This document shows, one piece after another, positions 13,851 through 27,700 of a stretch of 64,000 bases of DNA; position 1 is the stretch's first letter, and each line of letters opens with the position of its first letter. The notes beneath the pieces are model-generated. The model had not been told where the DNA came from. It was given only the letters and a program-made list of their open reading frames with translations, and did no database searches. Source of the DNA: Nemertoderma westbladi (taxonomy: Eukaryota > Animalia > Xenacoelomorpha); NCBI GenBank assembly GCA_032718475.1, contig JAUCBJ010009127.1:1-64000 (forward strand). Direction: 5' to 3'. The position numbers and the translations under genes are program-made.

Positions 13851-15085
13851 ATATATATTCGTATATACAATATACACCGTAGTCAAGTACAACCCTTTTC
13901 CAATTAACTACTGGGACTGGGGACTAATTTACTAGAGCAGCAGGACGAGACTTAGACGGATCCTACTGGCATGATGTACACATGTGTGGAACCCAATAAG
14001 TGTGTGGAGAGTGGAAACGAAAATGGGGAAATGGGGGAAGTATGGGAAGGAGGTGTTGACATGTGAGGGAGTAAAAGGAGTGCAATTCGAGTGAGGGGAG
14101 CGAGCACGGAGGAAAATGAGTCCCAAAGGACTGGTGAGAGAGGAAGGGACAGCGAGGTCCGTGAGGAAGATTAGAGGAAGGTTAGAGGAAAATTGTGTGG
14201 AGAGTGAGCACAATGGTCTCAAAAAGAGACACCAGATACCTTGGTACAACATAGCTCGCGATTGCACCAAGGATGGGTAGTAATAACAGACCCATGGGGG
14301 CCGGTCTGGAAAGCCGACCTCGAGAAGAAAACTCCACCCCACACCCAATATTAGATTGGGTTCCAGCGGAATTGAAGCGTACTTGAGGTTGATGGTATCT
14401 TCTCACCGGGAAGATAGCATGGGGGGAGTGTAAGCAGATTCAATTCCCTTACATTACCCACCCGAAAATGGGACCATTGGCATTTTACCAATATAGTTGG
14501 CGATACGAGATTACCAATAATAATCTCGCCTCATAACCAACTCGGGAGGGCGACACAGGCCCTAAAGCCACATAGAGAGGTGAGAGGTCAAACCACCTCG
14601 GAGGGAGAACCCAGCTAGTTGAGGCTAGCAGCAGGGGGTAACACCTACAGGGAGTGCCAAAGTGACAATTAGTATATAAGCCAAAGGCGGACGGGGAGCA
14701 CGTGGGGAAGAACAGCAGAGCATCCATTACGTAGCAGAGGCCACAGTAGCGTAGAGGTGAAACCAATATGTACATGTGTATCAATCATATATCTTTGATT
14801 ACTGATTTACCGGTCAGTTCATTAATCACACAGTTAGGGACCGGCCATAGTTTCGACGGTGATTTCATATACTGCTGTCATTAATCTGTGTTGCAATCCA
14901 GCAATCTCTATTATTGTTTGTCATACATACTGTGCTATTATCACTGGAAACATTAACACCGAGAAACACAAACTTTGTTATTTTCCCGAACGACCTTCGG
15001 CCAAAGATATTAGTTCAGCAGCCCAGAAGCGAAGTGACGCGTACAACCTTATCCGGTCGTGATCATTGAACTCAATCCCGTCACA
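13851..15085 (+). mobile_element. 5'-truncated LTR retrotransposon remnant (3' non-coding region, PPT and 3' LTR); superfamily uncertain, Gypsy-like termini
   Basis: Unique 1.2-kb sequence interrupting the satellite. PPT GGGGGGAG (14421-14428) is directly followed by TGTAAG, and the insert ends TCACA at 15085, where the satellite resumes (ACCCTTGCAC). Confidence 0.75.
14429..15085 (+). repeat. Putative 3' LTR, 657 bp
   Basis: TGTAA...TCACA termini, PPT immediately upstream, TATATAA at 14673-14679. Confidence 0.75.
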
Positions 15086-17153
15086 ACCCTTGCACTCTCC
15101 ATCTTCCACTCAGTTGTGGTTCATTCACGCACCCTTGCACTTTTCGTGGTTCATTCTCGCTCCCTTGCACTCTTCATCTTCCACTCAGTTGTGGTTCATT
15201 CCCGCACCCTTGCACTCTTCATCTTCCACTCAGTTGTGGTTAATTCCCGCACTCTTGCACTCTTCATCTTCCACTCAGTTGTGGTTCATTCCCGAAACCT
15301 TGTACTCTTCATCTTCCACTCAGTTGTGGTTCATTCCCGCACCCTTGCACTCTTCGTCTTCCACTCAGTTGTGGTTCATTCACGACGCACACTTGCACTC
15401 TTCATCTTCCACTCAGTTGCGGTTCATTCACGCACCCTTGCACTTTTCGTGGTTCATTCTCGCTCCCTTGCACTCTTCATCTTCCACTCAGTTGTGGTTA
15501 ATTCCCGCACTCTTGCACTCTTCATCTTCTACTCAGTTGTGATTCATTCCCGTACCCTAGTACTCTTCATCTTCCACTCAGTTGTGGTTCATTCACGACG
15601 CACCCTTGCACTCTTCATCTTCCACTCAGTTGTGGTTCATTCCCGCACCCTTGCACTCTTCCTCTTCCACTCAGTTGTGGTTCATTCCCGCTCCCTTGCA
15701 CTCTTAATCTTCTACTCAGTTGTGGTTCATTCACGCACCCTTGCACTTTTCGTGGTTCATTCTCGCTCCCTTGCACTCTTCATCTTCCACTCAGTTGTGG
15801 TTAATTCCCGCACTCTTGCACTCTTCATCTTCTACTCAGTTGTGATTCATTCCCGCACCCTTGCACTCTTCATCTTCCACTCAGTTGTGGTTCATTCCCG
15901 CTCCCTTGCACTCTTAATCTTCCACTCAGTTGTGGTTCATTCCCGCACCCTTGTACTCTTCATCTTCCACTCAGTTGTGACTGATTCCCACAACCTTGAA
16001 CTTTTCATCTTCCACTCAGTTGCGGTTCATTCCCGCACCCTTGCACTCTTCATCTTCCACTCAATTGTGGTTCATTCCCGCACCCTTGCATTCTTCCTCT
16101 TCCACTCAGTTGTGGTTCATTCCCGCTCCCTTGCACTTTTCATCTTCCACTCAGTTGTGGTTCATTCCCGCACCCTTGCACACTTCATCTTCCACTCTGT
16201 TGTGGTTCATTCCCGCAACCTTGTACTCTTCATTTTCCACTCAGTTGTGGTTTATTCCCGCACCCTTGCACTCTTCATCTTCCACTCAGTTGTGGTTCAT
16301 TCCCGCACCCTTGCAGTCTTCATCTTCCACTCAGTTGTGGTTCATTCCCGCAACCTTGTACTCTTCATCTTCCACTCAGTTGTGGTTCATTCCCGCACCC
16401 TTGCACTCTTCATCTTCCACTCAGTTGTGGTTCATTCCCGCACCCTTGCACTCTTCATCTTCCACTCAGTTGTGGTTAATTCCCGCACCCTTGTACTCTT
16501 CATCTTCCACTCAGTTGTGACTGATTCCCACAACCTTGAACTTTTCATCTTCCACTCAGTTGTGGTTAATTCCCGCACCCTTGCACTCTTCATCTTCCAC
16601 TCAGTTGCGGTTCATTCCCGCACCCTTGCACTCTTCATCTTCTACTCAGTTGTGATTCATTCCCGCACCCTTGCACTTTTCATCTTCCACTCAGTTGTGG
16701 TTCATTCCCGCACCCTTGCACACTTCATCTTCCACTCTGTTGTGGTTCATTCCCGCAACCTTGTACTCTTCATTTTCCACTCAGTTGTGGTTTATTCCCG
16801 CACCCTTGCACTCTTCATCTTCCACTCAGTTGTGGTTCATTCCCGCACCCTTGCACTCTTCATCTTCCACTCAGTTGTGGTTCATTCCCGCACCCTTGCA
16901 CTCTTCATTTTCCACTCAGTTGTGGTTCATTCCCGCAACCTTCTACTCTTGATCTTCCACTCAGTTGTGGTTCACTCCCGCACCCTTGCACACTTCATCT
17001 TCCACTCAGTTGTGGTTCATTCCCGCAACCTTGCAGTCTTCATCTTCCACTCAGTTGTGGTTCATTCTCGCTCCCTTGCACTCTTCATCTTCCACTCAGT
17101 TGTGGTTCAACCTTACACTCTTCGTCTTCCACTCAGTTTTTTTTTCTTTTTTC

Positions 17154-17186
<33 letters not shown>

Positions 17187-18429
17187 CAGTTGTGGTTCAT
17201 TCCCGCACCCTTGCACTCTTCATTTTCCACTCAGTTGTGGTTCATTCCCGCAACCTTCTACTCTTGATCTTCCACTCAGTTGTGGTTCATTCCCGCACCC
17301 TTGCACTCTTCATTTTCCACTCAGTTGTGGTTCATTCCCTCAACCTTGCACTCTTCATTTTCCACTCAGTTGTGGTTCATTCCCGCAACCTTCTACTCTT
17401 GATCTTCCACTCAGTTGTGGTTCATTCCCGCACCCTTGCACTCTTCATTTTCCACTCAGTTGTGGTTCATTCCCTCAACCTTACACTCTTCGTCTTCCAC
17501 TCAGTTGTGGTTCATTCCCGCAACCTTACACTCTTCATCTTCCACTCAGTTGTGGTTCATTCCCGCACCCTTGCACTCTTCATCTTCCACTCAGTTGTGG
17601 TTCATTCCCGAACCCTTGCACTCTTCATCTTCCACTCAGTTGTGGTTCATTCCCGCACCCTTGCAGTCTTCATCTTCCACTCAGTTGTGGTTAATTCCCG
17701 CACCCTTGTACTCTTCATCTTCCACTCAGTTGTGGTTAATTCCCGCACCCTTGTACTCTTCATCTTCCACTCAGTTGTGACTGATTCCCACAACCTTGAA
17801 CTTTTCATCTTCCACTCAGTTGTGGTTAATTCCCGCACCCTTGCACTCTTCATCTTCCACTCAGTTGCGGTTCATTCCCGCACCCTTGCACTCTTCATCT
17901 TCCACTCAGTTGTGGTTAATTCCCGCACCCTTGTACTCTTCATCTTCCACTCAGTTGTGACTGATTCCCACAACCTTGAACTTTTCATCTTCCACTCAGT
18001 TGTGGTTAATTCCCGCACCCTTGCACTCTTCATCTTCCACTCAGTTGCGGTTCATTCCCGCACCCTTGCATTCTTCATCTTCTACTCAGTTGTGATTCAT
18101 TCCCGCACCCTTGCACTTTTCATCTTCCACTCAGTTGTGGTTCATTCCCGCACCCTTGCACACTTCATCTTCCACTCAGTTGTGGTTTATTCCCGCACCC
18201 TTGCACTCTTCATCTTCCACTCAGTTGTGGTTCATTCCCGCACCCTNNNNNNNNNNNNNNNNNNNNNNNNNNNNNNNNNNNNNNNNNNNNNNNNNNNNNN
18301 NNNNNNNNNNNNNNNNNNNNNNNNNNNNNNNNNNNNNNNNNNNNNNCTCCCTTGCATTCTTCATCTTCCACTCAGTTGTGGTTCAACCTTACACTCTTCG
18401 TCTTCCACTCAGTTTTTTTTTCTTTTTTC

Positions 18430-18462
<33 letters not shown>

Positions 18463-21400
18463 CAGTTGTGGTTCATTCCCGCACCCTTGCACTCTTCATT
18501 TTCCACTCAGTTGTGGTTCATTCCCGCAACCTTCTACTCTTGATCTTCCACTCAGTTGTGGTTCATTCCCGCACCCTTGCACTCTTCATTTTCCACTCAG
18601 TTGTGGTTCATTCCCTCAACCTTACACTCTTCGTCTTCCACTCAGTTGTGGTTCATTCCCGCAACCTTACACTCTTCATCTTCCACTCAGTTGTGGTTCA
18701 TTCTCGCACCCTTGCACTCTTCATCTTCCACTCAGTTGTGGTTCATTCCCGCACCCTTGCAGTCTTCATCTTCCACTCAGTTGTGGTTCATTCCCGCACC
18801 CTTGCACTCTTCATCTTCCACTCAGTTGTGGTTCATTCCCGCACCCTTGCACTCTTCATCTTCCACTCAGTTGTGGTTCATTCCCGAACCCTTGCACTCT
18901 TCATCTTCCACTCAGTTGTGGTTCATTCCCGCACCCTTGCACTCTTCATCTTCCACTCAGTTGTGGTTAATTCCCGCACCCTTGTACTCTTCATCTTCCA
19001 CTCAGTTGTGACTGATTCCCACAACCTTGAACTTTTCATCTTCCACTCAGTTGTGGTTAATTCCCGCACCCTTGCACTCTTCATCTTCCACTCAGTTGCG
19101 GTTCATTCCCGCACCCTTGCACTCTTCATCTTCTACTCAGTTGTGATTCATTCCCGCACCCTTGCACTTTTCATCTTCCACTCAGTTGTGGTTCATTCCC
19201 GCACCCTTGCACACTTCATCTTCCACTCTGTTGTGGTTCATTCCCGCAACCTTGTACTCTTCATTTTCCACTCAGTTGTGGTTTATTCCCGCACCCTTGC
19301 ACTCTTCATCTTCCACTCAGTTGTGGTTCATTCCCGCACCCTTGCACTCTTCATCTTCCACTCAGTTGTGGTTCATTCCCGCACCCTTGCACTCTTCATT
19401 TTCCACTCAGTTGTGGTTCATTCCCGCAACCTTCTACTCTTGATCTTCCACTCAGTTGTGGTTCACTCCCGCACCCTTGCACACTTCATCTTCCACTCAG
19501 TTGTGGTTCATTCCCGCAACCTTGCAGTCTTCATCTTCCACTCAGTTGTGGTTCATTCTCGCTCCCTTGCACTCTTCATCTTCCACTCAGTTGTGGTTCA
19601 TTCCCGCTCCCTTGTACTCTTCATCTTCCACTCAGTTGTGGTTAATTCCCGCACCCTTGCACACTTCATCTTCCACTCTGTTGTGGTTCATTCCCGCAAC
19701 CTTGTACTCTTCATCTTCCACTCAGTTGTGGTTTATTCCCGCACCCTTGCACTCTTCATCTTCCACTCAGTTGTGGTTCATTCCCGCACCCTTGCACTCT
19801 TCATCTTCCACTCAGTTGTGGTTCATTCCCGCACCCTTGCACTCTTCATTTTCCACTCAGTTGTGGTTCATTCCCGCAACCTTCTACTCTTGATCTTCCA
19901 CTCAGTTGTGGTTCACTCCCGCACCCTTGCACTCTTCGTCTTCCACTCAGTTGTGGTTCATTCCCGCAACCTTGCAGTCTTCATCTTCCACTCAGTTGTG
20001 GTTCATTCCCGCACCCTTGCACTCTTCATTTTCCACTCAGTTGTGGTTCATTCCCGCAACCTTCTACTCTTGATCTTCCACTCAGTTGTGGTTCACTCCC
20101 GCACCCTTGCACTCTTCGTCTTCCACTCAGTTGTGGTTCATTCCCGCAACCTTGCAGTCTTCATCTTCCACTCAGTTGTGGTTCATTCCCGCACCCTTGC
20201 ACTCTTCATTTTCCACTCAGTTGTGGTTCATTCCCTCAACCTTACACTCTTCGTCTTCCACTCAGTTGTGGTTCATTCCCGCACCCTTGCACTCTTCATT
20301 TTCCACTCAGTTGTGGTTCATTCCCGCAACCTTCTACTCTTGATCTTCCACTCAGTTGTGGTTCATTCCCGCACCCTTGCACTCTTCATTTTCCACTCAG
20401 TTGTGGTTCATTCCCTCAACCTTACACTCTTCGTCTTCCACTCAGTTGTGGTTCATTCCCGCAACCTTACACTCTTCATCTTCCACTCAGTTGTGGTTCA
20501 TTCTCGCACCCTTGCACTCTTCATCTTCTACTCAGTTGTGGTTCATTCCCGCACCCTTGCAGTCTTCATCTTCCACTCAGTTGTGGTTCATTCTCGCACC
20601 CTTGCACACTTCATCTTCCACTCAGTTGTGGTTCATTCTCGCTGCCTTGTACTCTTCATCTTCCACTCAGTTGTGTTTCATTCCCGCAACCTTGCACTCT
20701 TCATCTTCCACTCAGTTGTGGTTCATTCCCGCACCCTTGCACTCTTCATCTTCCACTCAGTTGTGGTTCATTCCCGCACCCTTGCAGTCTTCATCTTCCA
20801 CTCAGTTGTGGTTCATTCCCGCACCCTTGCACTCTTCATCTTCCACTCAGTTGTGGTTCATTCCCGCACCCTTGCACTCTTCATCTTCCACTCAGTTGTG
20901 GTTCATTCCCGAACCCTTGCACTCTTCATCTTCCATTCAGTTGCGGTTCATTCACGCACCCTTGCACTTTTCATCCATCTTCCACTCAGTTGTGGTTAAT
21001 TCACGCACCCTTGTACTCTTCATCGTCCACTCAGTTGTGGTTAATTCCCGCACCATTGCACTCTTTATCTTCCACTCAGTTGTGGTTCACTCCCGCACCC
21101 TTGGACTCTTCATCTTCCACTCAGTTGTGGTTCATTCCCTCAACCTTACACTCTTCATCTTCCACTCAGTTGTGGTTCATTCCCGCACCCTTGCACTCTT
21201 CATTTTCCACTCAGTTGTGGTTCATTCCCGCAACCTTCTACTCTTGATCTTCCACTCAGTTGTGGTTCACTCCCGCACCCTTGCACACTTCATCTTCCAC
21301 TCAGTTGTGGTTCATTCCCGCAACCTTGCAGTCTTCATCTTCCACTCAGTTGTGGTTCATTCTCGCTCCCTTGCACTCTTCATCTTCCACTCAGTTGTGG

Positions 21401-22483
21401 TTCATTCCCGCTCCCTTGTACTCTTCATCTTCCACTCAGTTGTGGTTAATTCCCGCACCCTTGCACACTTCATCTTCCACTCTGTTGTGGTTCATTCCCG
21501 CAACCTTGTACTCTTCATCTTCCACTCAGTTGTGGTTTATTCCCGCACCCTTGCACTCTTCATCTTCCACTCAGTTGTGGTTCATTCCCGCACCCTTGCA
21601 CTCTTCATCTTCCACTCAGTTGTGGTTCATTCCCGCACCCTTGCACTCTTCATTTTCCACTCAGTTGTGGTTCATTCCCGCAACCTTCTACTCTTGATCT
21701 TCCACTCAGTTGTGGTTCACTCCCGCACCCTTGCACTCTTCGTCTTCCACTCAATTGTGGTTCATTCCCGCAACCTTGCAGTCTTCATCTTCCACTCAGT
21801 TGTGGTTCATTCCCGCACCCTTGCACTCTTCATTTTCCACTCAGTTGTGGTTCATTCCCGCACCCTTGCACTCTTCATCTTCCACTCAGTTGTGGTTAAT
21901 TCCCGCACCCTTGCACTTTTCATCTTCCACTCAGTTGTGGTTCATTCCCGCACCCTTGCACACTTCATCTTCCACTCTGTTGTGGTTCATTCCCGCAACC
22001 TTGTACTCTTCATTTTCCACTCAGTTGTGGTTTATTCCCGCACCCTTGCACTCTTCATCTTCCACTCAGTTGTGGTTCATTCCCGCACCCTTGCACTCTT
22101 CATCTTCCACTCAGTTGTGGTTCATTCCCGCACCCTTGCACTCTTCATTTTCCACTCAGTTGTGGTTCATTCCCGCAACCTTCTACTCTTGATCTTCCAC
22201 TCAGTTGTGGTTCACTCCCGCACCCTTGCACACTTCATCTTCCACTCAGTTGTGGTTCATTCCCGCAACCTTGCAGTCTTCATCTTCCACTCAGTTGTGG
22301 TTCATTCTCGCTCCCTTGCACTCTTCATCTTCCACTCAGTTGTGGTTCATTCCCGCTCCCTTGTACTCTTCATCTTCCACTCAGTTGTGGTTCATTCTCG
22401 CTCCCTTGCACTCTTCATCTTCCACTCAGTTGTGGTTCAACCTTACACTCTTCGTCTTCCACTCAGTTTTTTTTTCTTTTTTC

Positions 22484-22517
<34 letters not shown>

Positions 22518-24689
22518 CAGTTGTGGTTCATTCCCGCACCCTTGCACTCTTCATTTTCCACTCAGTTGTGGTTCATTCCCGCAACCTTCTACTCTTGATC
22601 TTCCACTCAGTTGTGGTTCATTCCCGCACCCTTGCACTCTTCATTTTCCACTCAGTTGTGGTTCATTCCCTCAACCTTACACTCTTCGTCTTCCACTCAG
22701 TTGTGGTTCATTCCCGCAACCTTACACTCTTCATCTTCCACTCAGTTGTGGTTCATTCTCGCACCCTTGCACTCTTCATCTTCCACTCAGTTGTGGTTCA
22801 TTCCCGCACCCTTGCAGTCTTCATCTTCCACTCAGTTGTGGTTCATTCCCGCACCCTTGCACTCTTCATCTTCCACTCAGTTGTGGTTCATTCCCGCACC
22901 CTTGCACTCTTCATCTTCCACTCAGTTGTGGTTCATTCCCGAACCCTTGCACTCTTCATCTTCCACTCAGTTGTGGTTCATTCCCGCACCCTTGCACTCT
23001 TCATCTTCCACTCAGTTGTGGTTAATTCCCGCACCCTTGTACTCTTCATCTTCCACTCAGTTGTGACTGATTCCCACAACCTTGAACTTTTCATCTTCCA
23101 CTCAGTTGTGGTTAATTCCCGCACCCTTGCACTCTTCATCTTCCACTCAGTTGCGGTTCATTCCCGCACCCTTGCACTCTTCATCTTCTACTCAGTTGTG
23201 ATTCATTCCCGCACCCTTGCACTTTTCATCTTCCACTCAGTTGTGGTTCATTCCCGCACCCTTGCACACTTCATCTTCCACTCTGTTGTGGTTCATTCCC
23301 GCACCCTTGCACTCTTCATTTTCCACTCAGTTGTGGTTCATTCCCGCAACCTTCTACTCTTGATCTTCCACTCAGTTGTGGTTCACTCCCGCACCCTTGC
23401 ACACTTCATCTTCCACTCAGTTGTGGTTCATTCCCGCAACCTTGCAGTCTTCATCTTCCACTCAGTTGTGGTTCATTCTCGCTCCCTTGCACTCTTCATC
23501 TTCCACTCAGTTGTGGTTCATTCACGCACCCTTGCACTCTTCATCTTCCACTCAGTTGTGGTTCATTCCCGCTCCCTTGTACTCTTCATCTTCCACTCAG
23601 TTGTGGTTAATTCCCGCACCCTTGCACACTTCATCTTCCACTCTGTTGTGGTTCATTCCCGCAACCTTTTACTCTTCATCTTCCACTCAGTTGTGGTTTA
23701 TTCCCGCACCCTTGCACTCTTCATCTTCCACTCAGTTGTGGTTCATTCCCGCACCCTTGCACTCTTCATCTTCCACTCAGTTGTGGTTCATTCCCGCACC
23801 CTTGCACTCTTCATTTTCCACTCAGTTGTGGTTCATTCCCGCAACCTTCTACTCTTGATCTTCCACTCAGTTGTGGTTCACTCCCGCACCCTTGCACTCT
23901 TCGTCTTCCACTCAGTTGTGGTTCATTCCCGCAACCTTGCAGTCTTCATCTTCCACTCAGTTGTGGTTCATTCCCGCACCCTTGCACTCTTCATTTTCCA
24001 CTCAGTTGTGGTTCATTCCCGCACCCTTGCACTCTTCATCTTCCACTCAGTTGTGGTTAATTCCCGCACCCTTGTACTCTTCATCTTCCACTCAGTTGTG
24101 ACTGATTCCCACAACCTTGAACTTTTCATCTTCCACTCAGTTGTGGTTAATTCCCGCACCCTTGCACTCTTCATCTTCCACTCAGTTGCGGTTCATTCCC
24201 GCACCCTTGCACTCTTCATCTTCTACTCAGTTGTGATTCATTCCCGCACCCTTGCACTTTTCATCTTCCACTCAGTTGTGGTTCATTCCCGCACCCTTGC
24301 ACACTTCATCTTCCACTCTGTTGTGGTTCATTCCCGCAACCTTGTACTCTTCATTTTCCACTCAGTTGTGGTTTATTCCCGCACCCTTGCACTCTTCATC
24401 TTCCACTCAGTTGTGGTTCATTCCCGCACCCTTGCACTCTTCATCTTCCACTCAGTTGTGGTTCATTCCCGCACCCTTGCACTCTTCATTTTCCACTCAG
24501 TTGTGGTTCATTCCCGCAACCTTCTACTCTTGATCTTCCACTCAGTTGTGGTTCACTCCCGCACCCTTGCACACTTCATCTTCCACTCAGTTGTGGTTCA
24601 TTCTCGCTCCCTTGCATTCTTCATCTTCCACTCAGTTGTGGTTCAACCTTACACTCTTCGTCTTCCACTCAGTTTTTTTTTCTTTTTTC

Positions 24690-24722
<33 letters not shown>

Positions 24723-27700
24723 CAGTTGTGGTTCATTCCCGCACCCTTGCACTCTTCATTTTCCACTCAGTTGTGGTTCATTCCCGCAACCTTCTACTCT
24801 TGATCTTCCACTCAGTTGTGGTTCATTCCCGCACCCTTGCACTCTTCATTTTCCACTCAGTTGTGGTTCATTCCCTCAACCTTACACTCTTCGTCTTCCA
24901 CTCAGTTGTGGTTCATTCCCGCAACCTTACACTCTTCATCTTCCACTCAGTTGTGGTTCATTCTCGCACCCTTGCACTCTTCATCTTCCACTCAGTTGTG
25001 GTTCATTCCCGCACCCTTGCAGTCTTCATCTTCCACTCAGTTGTGGTTCATTCCCGCACCCTTGCACTCTTCATCTTCCACTCAGTTGTGGTTCATTCCC
25101 GCACCCTTGCACTCTTCATCTTCCACTCAGTTGTGGTTCATTCCCGAACCCTTGCACTCTTCATCTTCCACTCAGTTGTGGTTCATTCCCGCACCCTTGC
25201 ACTCTTCATCTTCCACTCAGTTGTGGTTAATTCCCGCACCCTTGTACTCTTCATCTTCCACTCAGTTGTGACTGATTCCCACAACCTTGAACTTTTCATC
25301 TTCCACTCAGTTGTGGTTAATTCCCGCACCCTTGCACTCTTCATCTTCCACTCAGTTGCGGTTCATTCCCGCACCCTTGCACTCTTCATCTTCTACTCAG
25401 TTGTGATTCATTCCCGCACCCTTGCACTTTTCATCTTCCACTCAGTTGTGGTTCATTCCCGCACCCTTGCACACTTCATCTTCCACTCTGTTGTGGTTCA
25501 TTCCCGCAACCTTGTACTCTTCATTTTCCACTCAGTTGTGGTTTATTCCCGCACCCTTGCACTCTTCATCTTCCACTCAGTTGTGGTTCATTCCCGCACC
25601 CTTGCACTCTTCATCTTCCACTCAGTTGTGGTTCATTCCCGCACCCTTGCACTCTTCATTTTCCACTCAGTTGTGGTTCATTCCCGCAACCTTCTACTCT
25701 TGATCTTCCACTCAGTTGTGGTTCACTCCCGCACCCTTGCACACTTCATCTTCCACTCAGTTGTGGTTCATTCCCGCAACCTTGCAGTCTTCATCTTCCA
25801 CTCAGTTGTGGTTCATTCTCGCTCCCTTGCACTCTTCATCTTCCACTCAGTTGTGGTTCATTCCCGCTCCCTTGTACTCTTCATCTTCCACTCAGTTGTG
25901 GTTAATTCCCGCACCCTTGCACACTTCATCTTCCACTCTGTTGTGGTTCATTCCCGCAACCTTGTACTCTTCATCTTCCACTCAGTTGTGGTTTATTCCC
26001 GCACCCTTGCACTCTTCATCTTCCACTCAGTTGTGGTTCATTCCCGCACCCTTGCACTCTTCATCTTCCACTCAGTTGTGGTTCATTCCCGCACCCTTGC
26101 ACTCTTCATTTTCCACTCAGTTGTGGTTCATTCCCGCAACCTTCTACTCTTGATCTTCCACTCAGTTGTGGTTCACTCCCGCACCCTTGCACTCTTCGTC
26201 TTCCACTCAGTTGTGGTTCATTCCCGCAACCTTGCAGTCTTCATCTTCCACTCAGTTGTGGTTCATTCCCGCACCCTTGCACTCTTCATTTTCCACTCAG
26301 TTGTGGTTCATTCCCTCAACCTTACACTCTTCGTCTTCCACTCAGTTGTGGTTCATTCCCGCACCCTTGCACTCTTCATTTTCCACTCAGTTGTGGTTCA
26401 TTCCCGCAACCTTCTACTCTTGATCTTCCACTCAGTTGTGGTTCATTCCCGCACCCTTGCACTCTTCATTTTCCACTCAGTTGTGGTTCATTCCCTCAAC
26501 CTTACACTCTTCGTCTTCCACTCAGTTGTGGTTCATTCCCGCAACCTTACACTCTTCATCTTCCACTCAGTTGTGGTTCATTCTCGCACCCTTGCACTCT
26601 TCATCTTCTACTCAGTTGTGGTTCATTCCCGCACCCTTGCAGTCTTCATCTTCCACTCAGTTGTGGTTCATTCTCGCACCCTTGCACACTTCATCTTCCA
26701 CTCAGTTGTGGTTCATTCTCGCTGCCTTGTACTCTTCATCTTCCACTCAGTTGTGTTTCATTCCCGCAACCTTGCACTCTTCATCTTCCACTCAGTTGTG
26801 GTTCATTCCCGCACCCTTGCACTCTTCATCTTCCACTCAGTTGTGGTTCATTCCCGCACCCTTGCAGTCTTCATCTTCCACTCAGTTGTGGTTCATTCCC
26901 GCACCCTTGCACTCTTCATCTTCCACTCAGTTGTGGTTCATTCCCGCACCCTTGCACTCTTCATCTTCCACTCAGTTGTGGTTCATTCCCGAACCCTTGC
27001 ACTCTTCATCTTCCATTCAGTTGCGGTTCATTCACGCACCCTTGCACTTTTCATCCATCTTCCACTCAGTTGTGGTTAATTCACGCACCCTTGTACTCTT
27101 CATCGTCCACTCAGTTGTGGTTAATTCCCGCACCATTGCACTCTTTATCTTCCACTCAGTTGTGGTTCACTCCCGCACCCTTGGACTCTTCATCTTCCAC
27201 TCAGTTGTGGTTCATTCCCTCAACCTTACACTCTTCATCTTCCACTCAGTTGTGGTTCATTCCCGCAACATTGTACTCTTCATCTTCCACTCAGTTGTGG
27301 TTCACTCCCGCACCCTTGCACTCTTTATCTTCCACTCAGTTGTGGTTCACTCCCGCACCCTTGCACTCTTCATCTTCCACTCAGTTGTGGTTCATTCCCT
27401 CAACCCTGCACTCTTCATCTTCCACTCAATTGTGGTTCATTCCCACAACCTTGCACTCTTCATCTTCCACTCAGTTGTGGTTCATTCTCACACCCTTGCA
27501 CACTTCATCTTCCATACCATTGATGTTCATTATCGCTCCCTTGTACTCTTCATCTTCCACTCAGTTGTGGTTCATTCCCGTACCCTTGCAGTCTTCATCT
27601 TCCACTCAGTTTGTTTCAATCCCGCAACCTTGCGTTCTTCATCTTCCACTCAGTTCTGGTTCATTCTCGACGCACCTTTGCACTCTTCATCTTCCACTCA

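Noticed and set aside
13932-15062. Short ORFs in the LTR remnant
   Set aside because: No gag or pol motifs, mostly non-ATG starts, and composition explained by purine/pyrimidine bias.
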